Part shown: piece after piece, positions 19,992 to 31,057 of the stretch
Layout of the letters: each line of letters starts with the position of its first letter
Numbering within the stretch: the stretch's first letter is position 1
Virus record (IMG/VR): IMGVR_UViG_3300025267_000006
Span: 32,001 to 96,000 of that record
DNA from: a virus
Taxonomy: Duplodnaviria > Caudoviricetes
Reading direction: 5' to 3' (one strand)
Length of the DNA stretch: 64,000 nt
The notes under the pieces: generated by a model
The model's input: the letters and a program-made list of their open reading frames with translations, nothing else
Told to the model about the DNA's origin: nothing
Database searches by the model: none
Program-made: the position numbers and the translations under genes

Positions 19992-21637
19992 TTGTAAAAT
20001 TTCCATACAACAAGGAAATCATAAGCAGGATAAGAGAGATACCTGGACGCAAATGGATGCCAGAGGAAAAGGGCTGGGAGATACCTAATCGCTATCTCTA
20101 CAGGGCTGCAGAGGCCGTAGACAGCCATTATCCAAACGTTGCAGAGTCTATACGCATCTACGCAAATAGATTGGCTCCTAAGCAAGCAGCAGTAGAAGAA
20201 TTATCTTCTGTCCTAACTCCAGATAATTTATCCACAGAGGCAGGAATAAAGGCTCTACAAAGAATCAAAAAAGAATTGAATCTAAGCCACCTCCTATTTC
20301 CATATCAGGAACTAGGGGTGGCTTTTCTTGATACAGTCCCAACACGAGGAGCCATTATTGCAGATGCACCTGGCCTAGGAAAAACCATACAAACTCTTGC
20401 ATGGCTATCCCTGCACCCCAAATTTTCTACTATCGTAGTAACTCCCGCATCTGTTAAACGCCATTGGATCAGAGAAGCACAAAAATGGATTCCAGACAGA
20501 TCAGTTCAAGTGATAATGTCTGGCAAAGATAAAATAGATACATCAATAGACCTAACTGTAGTTAACTACGATCTTCTCTGGAAGCTCAAAGATGAGCTAG
20601 TGGAAATTAAATCCGATGTAGTTGTATTCGATGAGTGTACATACCTTAAAGAAGCCAAAGCAAAACGTACAAAGGCCGCTATTCTTCTAGGAAAGACTTC
20701 TAAATATGTTATTGGCCTGTCAGGAACTCCTATAATCAATCGTCCAATAGAATTCTTTAACATACTCAACCTAATTGAACCTAAACAGTTCCCCAGTTGG
20801 TTTAAATTTGGACTTCGATATTGTAATGGAGAGCATAACGGTTACGGTTGGCAATTCAATGGAACCTCAAATACAAAAGAACTACAAAGTTTAATCCAAC
20901 CCTTCATCATAAGAAGACGCAAAGAGGAGGTATTAACAGAGTTACCCCCTAAGCGTAGAGAAGTTATTTACATAGAGATGCCAGGTAATATACGTGCTGA
21001 TTACGTTGCCGCTGAAACAGATTTAATGACCACAGTAAGAATAATTCAGGATAATCAGCAAAATGCAAATGATGTACACAACAATGCATTAGCTAAACTT
21101 GGGCTACTCAGACATCTTGTTGGATTAGCCAAAGCGGAAATGGCAAACGATTACATCAAAAATTTCACTCAAGACGGAGAAAAGTTACTCGTCTTTGGGC
21201 ATCATCACGATGTGTTGGACATGCTAGAAGATTTCGTAAAGAAGGAACAAATAAGTTACGTCAGAGTCGATGGTCAAACACCTACAGTCAAACGTCAACC
21301 TGCTGTAGATAAATTCCAAACAGATGACTCCTGCCTAGTATTCTTAGCTTCTACTGCAATGGGAATGGGGGTGACCCTCACTGCTGCCAGCAATGCTTTA
21401 TTTGTAGAAAGGCAATGGTCCCCGGCAACAGAAGAGCAGATGGAAGATAGATTACATAGAATAGGACAAAAGAAAGGCGTAACTATCTGGTACATGGAAC
21501 TTGAAAGTACTATAGACGAAAAAATGTCTAATCTGGTGGAAAATAAAAGAGAACTACTGAGTACTCTCCTCGATAAGAATATAAAAACAGAAAATCGGAG
21601 TATAATGCAAGAATTACTAGCAGATTTAAGTCGTTAA
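19988..21637 (+). CDS. SNF2-family (HARP/SMARCAL1-like) helicase/annealing ATPase
   Basis: ADAPGLGKT, DEC, SGTP, RRRKEEVL.ELPPK, QMEDRLHRIGQ; N-terminal HARP-like FPYN...IPGRKW. Confidence 0.9.
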   Translation: MIVKFPYNKEIISRIREIPGRKWMPEEKGWEIPNRYLYRAAEAVDSHYPNVAESIRIYANRLAPKQAAVEELSSVLTPDNLSTEAGIKALQRIKKELNLSHLLFPYQELGVAFLDTVPTRGAIIADAPGLGKTIQTLAWLSLHPKFSTIVVTPASVKRHWIREAQKWIPDRSVQVIMSGKDKIDTSIDLTVVNYDLLWKLKDELVEIKSDVVVFDECTYLKEAKAKRTKAAILLGKTSKYVIGLSGTPIINRPIEFFNILNLIEPKQFPSWFKFGLRYCNGEHNGYGWQFNGTSNTKELQSLIQPFIIRRRKEEVLTELPPKRREVIYIEMPGNIRADYVAAETDLMTTVRIIQDNQQNANDVHNNALAKLGLLRHLVGLAKAEMANDYIKNFTQDGEKLLVFGHHHDVLDMLEDFVKKEQISYVRVDGQTPTVKRQPAVDKFQTDDSCLVFLASTAMGMGVTLTAASNALFVERQWSPATEEQMEDRLHRIGQKKGVTIWYMELESTIDEKMSNLVENKRELLSTLLDKNIKTENRSIMQELLADLSR

Positions 21638-21770
21638 CGGTGAATAATGAAATCAAATAATCCTGCTCTCAAAACAGAGAAACTTATTCTGAAGCGTAAA
21701 TTTTGGATTTTGTCCGCTGTATCCCTGGTAACTACTTTCTTAGGAATATGGAGATGGAAAAGGAGGTAAC

Positions 21771-22280
21771 ATGGATTTAAAAAATATGAAAGTTTCTATC
21801 GGTATAGTTGGGGTAATCGTTGCCCAGGCATTTGGGATTATCTGGTACGTAGCTCAACTGGATTCCACGGTTAAGACCCTAGATTCATCAGTAACAACAA
21901 TGCAAGCACAGGCAACCACAGTTGATGTAGCTGTTTTGAAAACGGATTTAGATAATCTCAAGACACAACTTATAGCACTATCCTTGGTCGAAGTAGAGAA
22001 TTTTGACCCCACTGATATTTTGAATGCCATCACAGAACTGGAAACTAAAGTCACCTGGATGATGGATGACTGGGGTCCGAAAATGAATAGGGTAGGAGAC
22101 GATCTAGACGATTTTGATGATCGCCTATCAGACATAGAAACTGTTCAAGCTGTAATAGATAATGAAATGCGAACCATCATGACAGATCACGGTGGATTTG
22201 CTGATGTACTCGCAGAATTACAAAAATCGGGCGTACTGCCCACAGGAGAAAAAAGGCAATATGGAAGTTATGGAGATTAA
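21771..22280 (+). CDS. membrane-anchored coiled-coil protein
   Basis: N-terminal TM helix, heptad pattern, AGGAGG RBS. Confidence 0.65.
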   Translation: MDLKNMKVSIGIVGVIVAQAFGIIWYVAQLDSTVKTLDSSVTTMQAQATTVDVAVLKTDLDNLKTQLIALSLVEVENFDPTDILNAITELETKVTWMMDDWGPKMNRVGDDLDDFDDRLSDIETVQAVIDNEMRTIMTDHGGFADVLAELQKSGVLPTGEKRQYGSYGD

Positions 22281-22293
22281 GTTGCATTAAACT

Positions 22294-22869
22294 ATGAGTA
22301 CCAGGGGGCCGAACTACCACAGAGTGGTCAATATGAAACTTTCGGGGATCCGAAGTAATCGTATAGCAAAAAACTTAAATATTTCACGAGAACGAGTACG
22401 TCAACTTTGGGTAAGTTATCAAATAAAAGACCATAAAGATGATCTAAGAACTTGTTCTAAGTGTAACAAAAAGTTCCTGCCCACATATAAATTTCAATCT
22501 ACATGTGGGTGCTCCGTTAGTATCTTTGCTAAGTGCTTTATTTGTGCAGCACCAACACAATTCTTAAAGAGACAAAAAATATTTCCATTATGTACAGACA
22601 TGGAATGTGCCGAAGACCTCAAAGTTTTAAAATCTCGATCTAAAAAATTATCTCTAGAGAGACGAGATCTAGAAAAAACAGAGCTTACCTGTCCAATTTG
22701 CAGTGTTAAGTATCTTGCTCCATTGTGGCAAGCACGAGCACGTAATTTTAAAATACGCTGCAAATCTTGTAGAGATGGTCAAAAAAAGGGTATCTGTACA
22801 GTTTGTAAGATACCCATCACTATAACAAATGGAAGATGTAAGCCCCACTACCGATCCAAGATAAACTAA
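22294..22869 (+). CDS. HTH plus Zn-ribbon protein
   Basis: IAKNLNISRERVRQL, many CxxC. Confidence 0.65.
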   Translation: MSTRGPNYHRVVNMKLSGIRSNRIAKNLNISRERVRQLWVSYQIKDHKDDLRTCSKCNKKFLPTYKFQSTCGCSVSIFAKCFICAAPTQFLKRQKIFPLCTDMECAEDLKVLKSRSKKLSLERRDLEKTELTCPICSVKYLAPLWQARARNFKIRCKSCRDGQKKGICTVCKIPITITNGRCKPHYRSKIN

Positions 22870-22875
22870 ACGTTA

Positions 22876-23902
22876 CTACTCATCGGACTCCAATATCTGT
22901 AATGCGTCTAGCTTATCTCTATCGTAAGTCACATCATTTGACGATACTTTAATATTTCCAATAACCTCATCCCTACGGATCTGCCTTAAAGCCTGATGAA
23001 CCTTAATTTTAATATTGTACCCAACAGGTTCTTTTCCAAACATGATGTTGGTGTTTGCAATCTCTCGTATCAACCATAAATACTCTTCGGATAAATCAAG
23101 AGAAACCCCAGCATCCTCCTCCGTTTCGACTTTTTCGTGAGCCTCTAAAAGAGCAGCACCTATGCTATCCAGTAGTTCTATTGGGGCTGCGGTTGAAGCA
23201 CTGGGGAGAAGCATTCTATAAATTATCTTAGGAGGATACTCTTCAGTCTCCCCACTCTTTGGGTGTAATAGCGTGAGAGAATCATCAATCAAACAAAGTT
23301 CTCCCTTCGTGAGATGTACAATCAATTTAAACTCCTTACTGATACGATACACATTGCCACGTATTCTTGAGTAGTCATATCATGTTCCATACTGGATTTA
23401 GATATAAAATCAAACCCCAGCACAGAAATTATTTCTAAGGCCAACTGGTGGTCAGATAGATGAGATTTTTTACTAAGCTGACTCACTGAGTTGTTGCCTA
23501 TGAACTGCTCTGATGTGAGGGATCTACTCAATGTATAAGGAGAACTGTGAGACAGATTGCCTCTGCGTACCTGTTGACGAAGAGCATCTTCTACAAAAAC
23601 AGACCATATCAAAGTAAGTCTAGTTTCTATACTGGACAACTTATATCCCAACATATATATAATTCCCACCAAAGAGAGAACCCCGGTGGAGGCACCGACT
23701 ATCGCTGAGGCGGCTGTCCAGTCCAATTGTCGAACCTTTTCTTTAGTTTCTGCATGGTGTGGGCCAACAATCCAAGCTCATCTGGAAAATCCCTAGATCC
23801 ACATTGAATGCAGTAAATCTCGTAGGTATTGTCCTCTAATCTATCCCCTTGAACATACACATCACCATCACACTTTGGGCATCCTTTTGACGAAACTCTC
23901 AT
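22876..23902 (-). CDS. three hypothetical genes (22876-23352; 23322-23726 with N-terminal TM; 23699-23902 Zn ribbon)
   Basis: overlapping ORFs at the end of the - strand arm, converging on the + arm at ~22870. Confidence 0.55.
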
Positions 23903-24360
23903 CTTTCTAAATCTGGCAATGCCTCAAAATCCAACAGTCTCTTGTAAAGTTTTTTCCTACTAACAGGATTAGGTTTTATTTCTCTCTGCCAGACAACCAA
24001 GACTTGATAATCAGCCCTAGCAAAAAGGTCTATCCTTTCCTGCTCCTCTGGGGGCTTGTGCCATCTCTCCCCGTAGAATTCAACTATCTTCCTATTCTTC
24101 AAATGAACAAAATCTGGAGCGTGCCCCATCAGTATAAACTGACCATTGCCAGTATATTTGTACGGCAACCCCAGATAAAACATTATACCGAACAATGTCA
24201 TCTCAGCATTGTTCGGTTCCTGTTTAGCTAACCTACCCCAAAATGCGGCAGATTTATTAAACCCGTTACTCTTCTTTTTTGGTCTGCCCCCTGGAATACT
24301 CGCCCGACGAGCCTTACCTGGTTTACCAGCAGACTTGGTTCTTGTCCTTTTTACGGGCAC
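23899..24360 (-). CDS. Vsr/DUF559-like PD-(D/E)xK endonuclease
   Basis: PDFVH...IVEFYGERWH...VLVVW. Confidence 0.7.
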   Translation of the reverse strand: MPVKRTRTKSAGKPGKARRASIPGGRPKKKSNGFNKSAAFWGRLAKQEPNNAEMTLFGIMFYLGLPYKYTGNGQFILMGHAPDFVHLKNRKIVEFYGERWHKPPEEQERIDLFARADYQVLVVWQREIKPNPVSRKKLYKRLLDFEALPDLER

Positions 24361-25009
24361 TATGTGGCTGGATACGTATCCATGACCTCAGTCAACCCTT
24401 CCTCAGCGGTTCTGTCTATTGTGTTAGAGATCATGCTCTGATTGAGGAAAGTATTAAATGTTTTCATATACTGAGCCAGGACTTCTACCTTTGACTCCAA
24501 AACTTTAATCTTGTCCCCACAATCACACGATGCCACTGCATCAACAGTCGATACTTTAGCTTTTCTAGTGGTCGTTTTCTTCGCCTTACCCGTCTCCGTT
24601 GTCATACCTTACTCCTTATCCATTACGGTAAACCATAAGTATTTGGTTCCCGCTCTTCTTCCGAACTCTCCTTACCTATACTCTCTTGCTCTACTTTTCG
24701 TGAAGGATCTATCCTAGGCTTCTTTTTTCTTTTATTACGTTCGATAAGAGTTTCAATTGATTTTTGTAATTCAGTGATAAGTATACGTCCAGTCTGCATT
24801 TTTTCAAGTTCTTCTACTAATTCAAAAATTTCGTAAGCCGCACTATCTTTCTTCTGTGTATCCTCACGTGAAGATTTAGAAGAAAATTCTTTGTGTAAAA
24901 CTTCAGTCCTTATGCCATGGGGCTGCTCTACAGGATGCCATCTACCATAACCATCATGATGATGATGACCCTCTTTACTTATAAGCTTAGGACGACCCAT
25001 TTGAGACAT
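24360..25009 (-). CDS. two hypothetical proteins (24360-24605; 24623-25009 with His-rich N-terminus)
   Basis: ORFs in operon order; AAGGAG RBS before 24605. Confidence 0.55.
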
Positions 25010-25012
25010 TAG

Positions 25013-26620
25013 TTACTTCTTTCCAACAAGTTTAATTAAATCTTCCACCTCGGCGGCAACTGGATAATCTTCAGACAATAAAAACATGGATTCATCTATC
25101 TCATTCAACACCTTGGATTCGATGCTGGGAGTTGGGTCGCCGCTCTTCTCCAAAAGAACCCCATCTTTACGCTCTGGACGGGGTACTTCATCTAATTTTT
25201 GAATTTCTGTCTCATCTTCTTCCCCAGTCTCATCTGGAAGGGAGGATTTAACTGAACGAATAAAAGTTTCTAATTTCTTAGCATCTTCGCTGAGGTCTCC
25301 AGCCCCCTTAGAATCAGCTTTCATTAATTCAAAGAATCTATTCAAATCTCCCCTTAACTCCAAAACCAATTTCTTTATTTCATCTACATCTGGATCCTGC
25401 TTCATTTCATCAAGAAACTTATGATTGGCTATTAGATTGGAAACCCTAGAAATAGTATTTTTATTGAATCCAAGCCTAGCAAGAGTCTTTTCTGTTAACT
25501 TTGATCCAGGATCGGCATGCCCGGGGAAGTTACCATTAACCTTCTCAATTGCACCCTTGCCAACATCGTGGAACAATAAAGCTAGGTTTAATATCAAATC
25601 AGTAGATTTAGCTGCTTTGAGGGAACGTAGAGTGTGGTCCCATACATCTTTACGCCTACCCTTTTGCTTCAGCCCCCTCAACTTATTCAAATCAGAGCAT
25701 ATATATTGAATAATATCGTAGGTGGATAAAAATCTAAGCCCTATCCAAGGCTTCTCGGTCTTGAGTATCTTTTTTAACTCCCACCCAATTCTGTCTGGTT
25801 TTAAATTACCCACTAATTCTGATGCATCCGGCATAGCCGCAAGTAAGGAACCGTGGGGCTTAACAGGAAAATCAGATAGGAACCTAGCTGCCCTAAGAAT
25901 TCGAGAGGAATCTTCAGTAAAGGATTCTAAGCTACGATCTGCGGGAGTGCGAAGTACCTTAGCTTTAATGTCATCCAAACCGTGGTAAGGATCATAAAAT
26001 TGACCAGTTACAGATTGAGCAATGGCATTGATTGTAAAATCTCTTTGCCTGAGATTGTCCAACAAACCATCTGCAGTAGTAGAGATCATATCTACTTTTA
26101 AATCACCGACGTGGAATTTCAAACGAGCAAATGCATTCGAATGCTCGGAATACTTGATACCCAAATTATCGAAAATCTGTTTTACATTGGCAAGGGGAGT
26201 AAGAGATATAATGTCTACATCTTTAGATACTTTTTTAAAATACTTATCTCGAATATAGCCACCAACAAAATAAATAGGAAGGTAGTTACCTAAAGTACGG
26301 ATCCAGTCAGTAGCTACCTTACGTTGGTTTAATCTTTGTGCTACCTCCGGGTTGACCCAGGCAGTTCGTGCCCTCTCAAAAGTCCTGCCACCTCGATGCA
26401 CTAGCTCATATATTTTAGTCTGAACTTTTCCAGACTCTCCTGGGTGCGTTAACCGCTGAGTCTCTGCGGGTGCTCTTTCCTCAACCCTAAAAGATTCAGC
26501 ACGAGGATCCTCACCCGCCTCTACTCGCTCTATAGAACGAACAGGATCAGCCTCTTGCTTAGCAAGCCAATAATCCAGTTTTAACAACATCTCCTGCTCA
26601 GGGAGAAATTTGTTAGACAT
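25013..26620 (-). CDS. cca: class II tRNA nucleotidyltransferase (CCA family) with HD domain and ~100-aa N-terminal extension
   Basis: VGGYIRD, DVD, RDFTINA, EDSSRILRAARF, HDVGK. Confidence 0.9.
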   Translation of the reverse strand: MSNKFLPEQEMLLKLDYWLAKQEADPVRSIERVEAGEDPRAESFRVEERAPAETQRLTHPGESGKVQTKIYELVHRGGRTFERARTAWVNPEVAQRLNQRKVATDWIRTLGNYLPIYFVGGYIRDKYFKKVSKDVDIISLTPLANVKQIFDNLGIKYSEHSNAFARLKFHVGDLKVDMISTTADGLLDNLRQRDFTINAIAQSVTGQFYDPYHGLDDIKAKVLRTPADRSLESFTEDSSRILRAARFLSDFPVKPHGSLLAAMPDASELVGNLKPDRIGWELKKILKTEKPWIGLRFLSTYDIIQYICSDLNKLRGLKQKGRRKDVWDHTLRSLKAAKSTDLILNLALLFHDVGKGAIEKVNGNFPGHADPGSKLTEKTLARLGFNKNTISRVSNLIANHKFLDEMKQDPDVDEIKKLVLELRGDLNRFFELMKADSKGAGDLSEDAKKLETFIRSVKSSLPDETGEEDETEIQKLDEVPRPERKDGVLLEKSGDPTPSIESKVLNEIDESMFLLSEDYPVAAEVEDLIKLVGKK

Positions 26621-26624
26621 GAGA

Positions 26625-26792
26625 CTATTTTTTAAGAGAACGACTTTTAGCTATACGAACCATATCTTCAAGTTGAGTAACGACGTTGTCGTACTCATTG
26701 CTGGTCCGTTTTTGCTTCTTAAGATACTCAATCTCTAGAACACCCGTTAGGGTATCTAATATAGATCCAATCGTATCCAGACGCTTAGACAT
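26625..26792 (-). CDS. 55-aa microprotein MSKRLDTIGSILDTLTGVLEIEYLKKQKRTSNEYDNVVTQLEDMVRIAKSRSLKK (not in ORF track)
   Basis: translated by hand; abuts the upstream stop, GGGGGG/AAGG RBS-like sequence; carries the EYLxKQ helix. Confidence 0.65.
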   Translation of the reverse strand: MSKRLDTIGSILDTLTGVLEIEYLKKQKRTSNEYDNVVTQLEDMVRIAKSRSLKK

Positions 26793-27600
26793 TTATTTCC
26801 CCCCCTTACCTTTGTATTTCTTACTTTCTCCGCCCTTAATAGTGGAGAGTTTGTCCAACTCACGTATCAATTCATCGGCATCCTGATCGGTAGCCCTCTT
26901 GGCAACGAATCCCAAATCATTGAAGGTCTCTAGAACATCTTGTTTGTCTTCAGGATCGATAGGAGCAACAATAATATTGCCATGCGCTGTCTCTGTAGCA
27001 ACCTTCTTACCAAAATCTCTTACATTGTCATAGATTACGGGCCAGTACTCTGAAGATCCCTGATCCGTCTCAATCTGCAATACGAAACCGTATCCCTCTT
27101 CCTCGTCGTCTTTGTCCCCATACACATGAAACCCCGCTACCAGGGTGTTCACAGCATCGAACATGTACCAGAGTTCCGGGTGCTCAGATTTTTTGGGTCT
27201 ACTCTTGGTCGCCATCGGATTGCTCCCTAGCGGTGAAATAATTTTCCGGTAGCTTCAAACTTCTATATTCTGCACGTTCTCTTGGCGTTAACGTTGCAGT
27301 TAATCCCGCTTCTTTGATTATCTTTCTAGCTTCTCTAGGATCCTCTACTAAAAAGAACTTTGTAGACATACTCGTATATTCAAGATATATACGATCAAAC
27401 ATCTCAGCTTCACTGTAACCCGCAAGTTGGTATTCTTTTACGGCCCCCTCTAATGATACACGATCAGTCCCAAAAGGAGCTTCATCGTCATCTTTTGTTA
27501 AAACTTTTCCACTGGGAAGAATAGCTGCAGCAATACGAACCTCTTCTTCAGACTCTGGATGACCATAACTGATCCAAGTCTTCTCTATTAACACTGCCAT
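26793..27600 (-). CDS. two small acidic hypothetical proteins (26793-27215, 27199-27600)
   Basis: GAGGTGG and GGGAG RBS; own promoter upstream. Confidence 0.65.
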
Positions 27601-27637
27601 ATCAAACCACCTCGTATACTAAAGTTTCTCACTGTTC

Positions 27638-27670
27638 AGTATACTCTATTTAAGCACATCTGTCAAGCTC
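27638..27670 (-). promoter_or_regulatory. promoter GAGC-TTGACA-N17-TATACT
   Basis: reverse-strand consensus match. Confidence 0.8.
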
Positions 27671-30600
27671 ATTCATATCTCTGTTTGATTAGTTTATACT
27701 CTGGCCTAGAATCCTTTGAGGACTGAATTTGAGGAGTTGTATATAGCCCTGAGGGAGGTGTCCTCTGAGATTGTCCTTGTCGAAGACCTGTTTGTCCCGG
27801 AGGTCTACCTCCAGAAATGGGTCTACCGCCTTCAAGTTCCTCTGTCTGTCCAGCCAGTCTTCTACGTTCCCCTGGTGATAGGGCTGCTCCCGGCATCAGA
27901 TTAATTAAATCCCCCACAGATACATTGCTAGGTAAATCTCCAGCATCGATTCGAGCTTGTGCTGCCCTTTCAGGATTACTTGCGGAACCAATAGATAATG
28001 CCGCATCTACAATAGCTTCCTGATCGCCTGTATCCCAATTCTTACTGTATGCCTCTTCGGGACTTATTGGTGTACCACCACCTGCCGTTTCATATTTCCT
28101 AGCATCGGGTGCTCTCTGTTGATCCAATTCAGAACTAGGCTGCAACAAACCCTGAGAACCGACCCCCACTTCCTCCCTGAGAGCCTCTTCTTCCGATTCA
28201 GGTATGTTGTAGGAGGATCCTCGTTGAGATGGAGATTCCGGGCGTAGGGGTGAACCTGTCTCATCGGGTGAAGCACCAATTCCAAGTCGTTCTGGACTAT
28301 CATCTAATATGGCTTGCCAACCAGCAGCAGCATCAACATTTTTAAGAGCGATTTCATTTATAGCTACTTGTAGATTTTCTCTTTTTTTCTCATCGTTGAT
28401 TCCCAATCTAAGAGCCTGATTAATCAAGTTCTGATTTGAAGGAGACATAGCCTCATCAATCATAGACTGTGGAGCACCTTGCCCAGCTAAGAACGCAGAT
28501 ACCCCACCCATAAATGCTTGCTGTGGATCTGGAGCAGACGGCGCAGACGGCGCAGACGGCGCAGAAACTGGAGTTCCTGGTTCTGGAGCCGATGCGTCTT
28601 CAACTCGTTCAGGCGACGGTGACTTATCTTTTACTTTCGCATTCTGACCTGGATCGAACCAACTAGGTACAAGTCTACCTCTAACTGTTTTTTCTGTAAA
28701 ATTACCCAGATCATAGGACGCTAAAGCAAATTCACGCATACGTTTCTTAATTACTTCTGTAGTAACTTTCGTACCATCCATAAGTTCGCCAACAACATGC
28801 ATATTACAAGCTTCGGCTACATCTAGAATTTTATTCATATCAAAATGATCATCAAACCAAGCATCAAAGTGACCTATGAATTTCTTTTCCGACATTCCAG
28901 TAGGAAGTCCAGCCGCAAGTCTAGGAACATTGGCTGTCGTTGCACCAAATAGTGGATTGGGATCATGATCTCTCCAAAATTCCCACTTAACTAGCCCCTT
29001 ACCCCTTTGATTATCGGCCTTAATCTCTGCAAATCTACCATTTGCACCATTGTCAAAAGCCACTATTTTTTTGGTGTCTCTGCCTATTCCAAAGTTGAGG
29101 TTATGGCGATCCGATTGACCCAATATAAGATCCATAGCTATCATTCCAAATCCGCTATGGAGACCTTGAATATCCCTTGAATGGCCCGCACTCCCTGCCT
29201 TCCCATACCCAGAATGCCATTCTTGTAAGAACCCGCCACCTCGCTCACCCATCTCTACCCATTCTGCTATGTCTTCATCCTTTAGACCAGCATCTCTCAT
29301 CCACTCCACACCAAGATTAGTTACTTCTATATATGGCATTACTCCTAGACCTAAAGCTTTGTCTAGGGCAAAAGAAGCTCGTTCTGCATACTGTTCACCC
29401 GGTATAATTTTATACATATAGTCCTTGCCCTTAATTTTTACATGCATGCCATGGGCAAAGCCAGATGAGACTTTTTTCCCAGCATCCGCTGCCTCCTCCC
29501 TAGCTAAAATACCACCAGCGTAACTACCTGCAAAATCCTGAAACTCTATGTCGCTAGGATCTATATTAGATAGGTCCTGCTCACCATACATGAACTGGTC
29601 TTCTCTCTTGATACCCATCCCTTCCAACAATGCAGCCGATTTTTCCATCATGGCTTTATTATTCTCAACAGGATTGAATTCATCTCCGTTGATTGCTGTA
29701 ATTATCTGGTCTATAGGCTTCCCTAAGTTCGGATCTACGGGACCTGTCCTGGCTGCTTGAGCACGAATACGTGCTTCCCTCTCTGCAGCTTCTTTAGCGG
29801 CCTGTTGCTGCGCTCCACCCATCCCAGCTAGTGCAGGTTGGAAGGGTACTATGGGTGGTCTTATAATTACATCTTCGTGCGCCTCAGGATCTCCACCTAA
29901 GTCAGCAGCGGCCTCTTCAGACCCCACTTCACCGGGTACACCGCCAGCATGAGGTTGTCTACCCCAACGCCCCTCTACCTTCTCAGCTTCCCGTTGCTGG
30001 CCCTTAGCGGCACGTTCTCGTGCCCACTTACCCGGATCCCTCAATGGATCCATATGGGAAGCTCTTCCCTCTCTACGAGCTTTTACTCCAGCATCTATTG
30101 CATCTGAATCTAACCGCATATTGCGGATTCGTACTTTTCTCTCACCCGGAAGTTCTGTCTGGAACTGCCCCTCATTTTCAAGGAAATTACGGGCATTTGA
30201 GAAATGATGGTCAACAAGAGCAGTCGGAATAGCTATCGGAATAGCTCCCGCTTCTTCTGCCTCTCCAGCCATTAAAATCTTCTGGGGAATCCAAATGTCT
30301 TCACCCTCTCTTACCTCGTCAGGGTGAACATCAATAAAATCTCTAACGAAGACATCTATAGGTGCTCTGTTGCCTTGTCTATCGAGCAATCGCATTGGAG
30401 CTTTCTTTTCTTTGCCCCGTTTAGGATCAAAGAAAGGAGGAACTCCATCTACCCATAACTCAGGTACATCATCAAACTTCTCATCGTGCTTACCCATTTC
30501 CTCTCGGAACTCAACCGCCTTCACGTCAAGTTCCTGCTCCCAATCCACCGCACCTACCTTCAAACGTTCAGCCCTCTCCAAATACTGATCCATGGACTGA

Positions 30601-31022
30601 ACCTTAACCCCAGCAAATTTAATATAATAAGGAAGCTTTCCTTCGTGAATGAGAGAAATCATCTCGTTATACCTATTACGTATGAGATGAGCTTCCCTAC
30701 GATAATCAGCAACCTGAACTAGAGCTTCAGCCCTTTCCTCTTTAGACATAGAAGCTATCTGCTCACGGGTCAACATCGCCATCGGATACATTCGAGCGGG
30801 ATTAACCCACCTAATAGCCCTAAAAACTAACCTTCTGGGGATGCGTCTATGCACTGTCCTGTACATAGGTCGCAAATGAGGATAAAGAGCATGCTGCTTT
30901 ATAAGCAGAGTATGGGCAAAATCAGCAAGCTGAATGAGATTGGTATCCCAAGCCAAACTCTCCTCCCTCGCTTTGAGAAAAGAGCTTACTGTCGCTGCTA
31001 TCTTATCTTTAGTTAGAACCAT
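27669..31022 (-). CDS. large putative virion protein with a central HipA/PI3-PI4-kinase-like domain
   Basis: YMYK, ERASFALDKALGL..MP, D.ILGQSDRHNLN, IVAFDNG. Confidence 0.7.
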   Translation of the reverse strand: MVLTKDKIAATVSSFLKAREESLAWDTNLIQLADFAHTLLIKQHALYPHLRPMYRTVHRRIPRRLVFRAIRWVNPARMYPMAMLTREQIASMSKEERAEALVQVADYRREAHLIRNRYNEMISLIHEGKLPYYIKFAGVKVQSMDQYLERAERLKVGAVDWEQELDVKAVEFREEMGKHDEKFDDVPELWVDGVPPFFDPKRGKEKKAPMRLLDRQGNRAPIDVFVRDFIDVHPDEVREGEDIWIPQKILMAGEAEEAGAIPIAIPTALVDHHFSNARNFLENEGQFQTELPGERKVRIRNMRLDSDAIDAGVKARREGRASHMDPLRDPGKWARERAAKGQQREAEKVEGRWGRQPHAGGVPGEVGSEEAAADLGGDPEAHEDVIIRPPIVPFQPALAGMGGAQQQAAKEAAEREARIRAQAARTGPVDPNLGKPIDQIITAINGDEFNPVENNKAMMEKSAALLEGMGIKREDQFMYGEQDLSNIDPSDIEFQDFAGSYAGGILAREEAADAGKKVSSGFAHGMHVKIKGKDYMYKIIPGEQYAERASFALDKALGLGVMPYIEVTNLGVEWMRDAGLKDEDIAEWVEMGERGGGFLQEWHSGYGKAGSAGHSRDIQGLHSGFGMIAMDLILGQSDRHNLNFGIGRDTKKIVAFDNGANGRFAEIKADNQRGKGLVKWEFWRDHDPNPLFGATTANVPRLAAGLPTGMSEKKFIGHFDAWFDDHFDMNKILDVAEACNMHVVGELMDGTKVTTEVIKKRMREFALASYDLGNFTEKTVRGRLVPSWFDPGQNAKVKDKSPSPERVEDASAPEPGTPVSAPSAPSAPSAPDPQQAFMGGVSAFLAGQGAPQSMIDEAMSPSNQNLINQALRLGINDEKKRENLQVAINEIALKNVDAAAGWQAILDDSPERLGIGASPDETGSPLRPESPSQRGSSYNIPESEEEALREEVGVGSQGLLQPSSELDQQRAPDARKYETAGGGTPISPEEAYSKNWDTGDQEAIVDAALSIGSASNPERAAQARIDAGDLPSNVSVGDLINLMPGAALSPGERRRLAGQTEELEGGRPISGGRPPGQTGLRQGQSQRTPPSGLYTTPQIQSSKDSRPEYKLIKQRYE

Positions 31023-31057
31023 AATGTCCCCACTGGTATCAAGTATATTAGAAAAAA

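Noticed and set aside
28530-28570. GCAGACGGC tandem repeat
   Set aside because: Encodes a SAPSAPSAP low-complexity linker in the kinase protein; not a separate element
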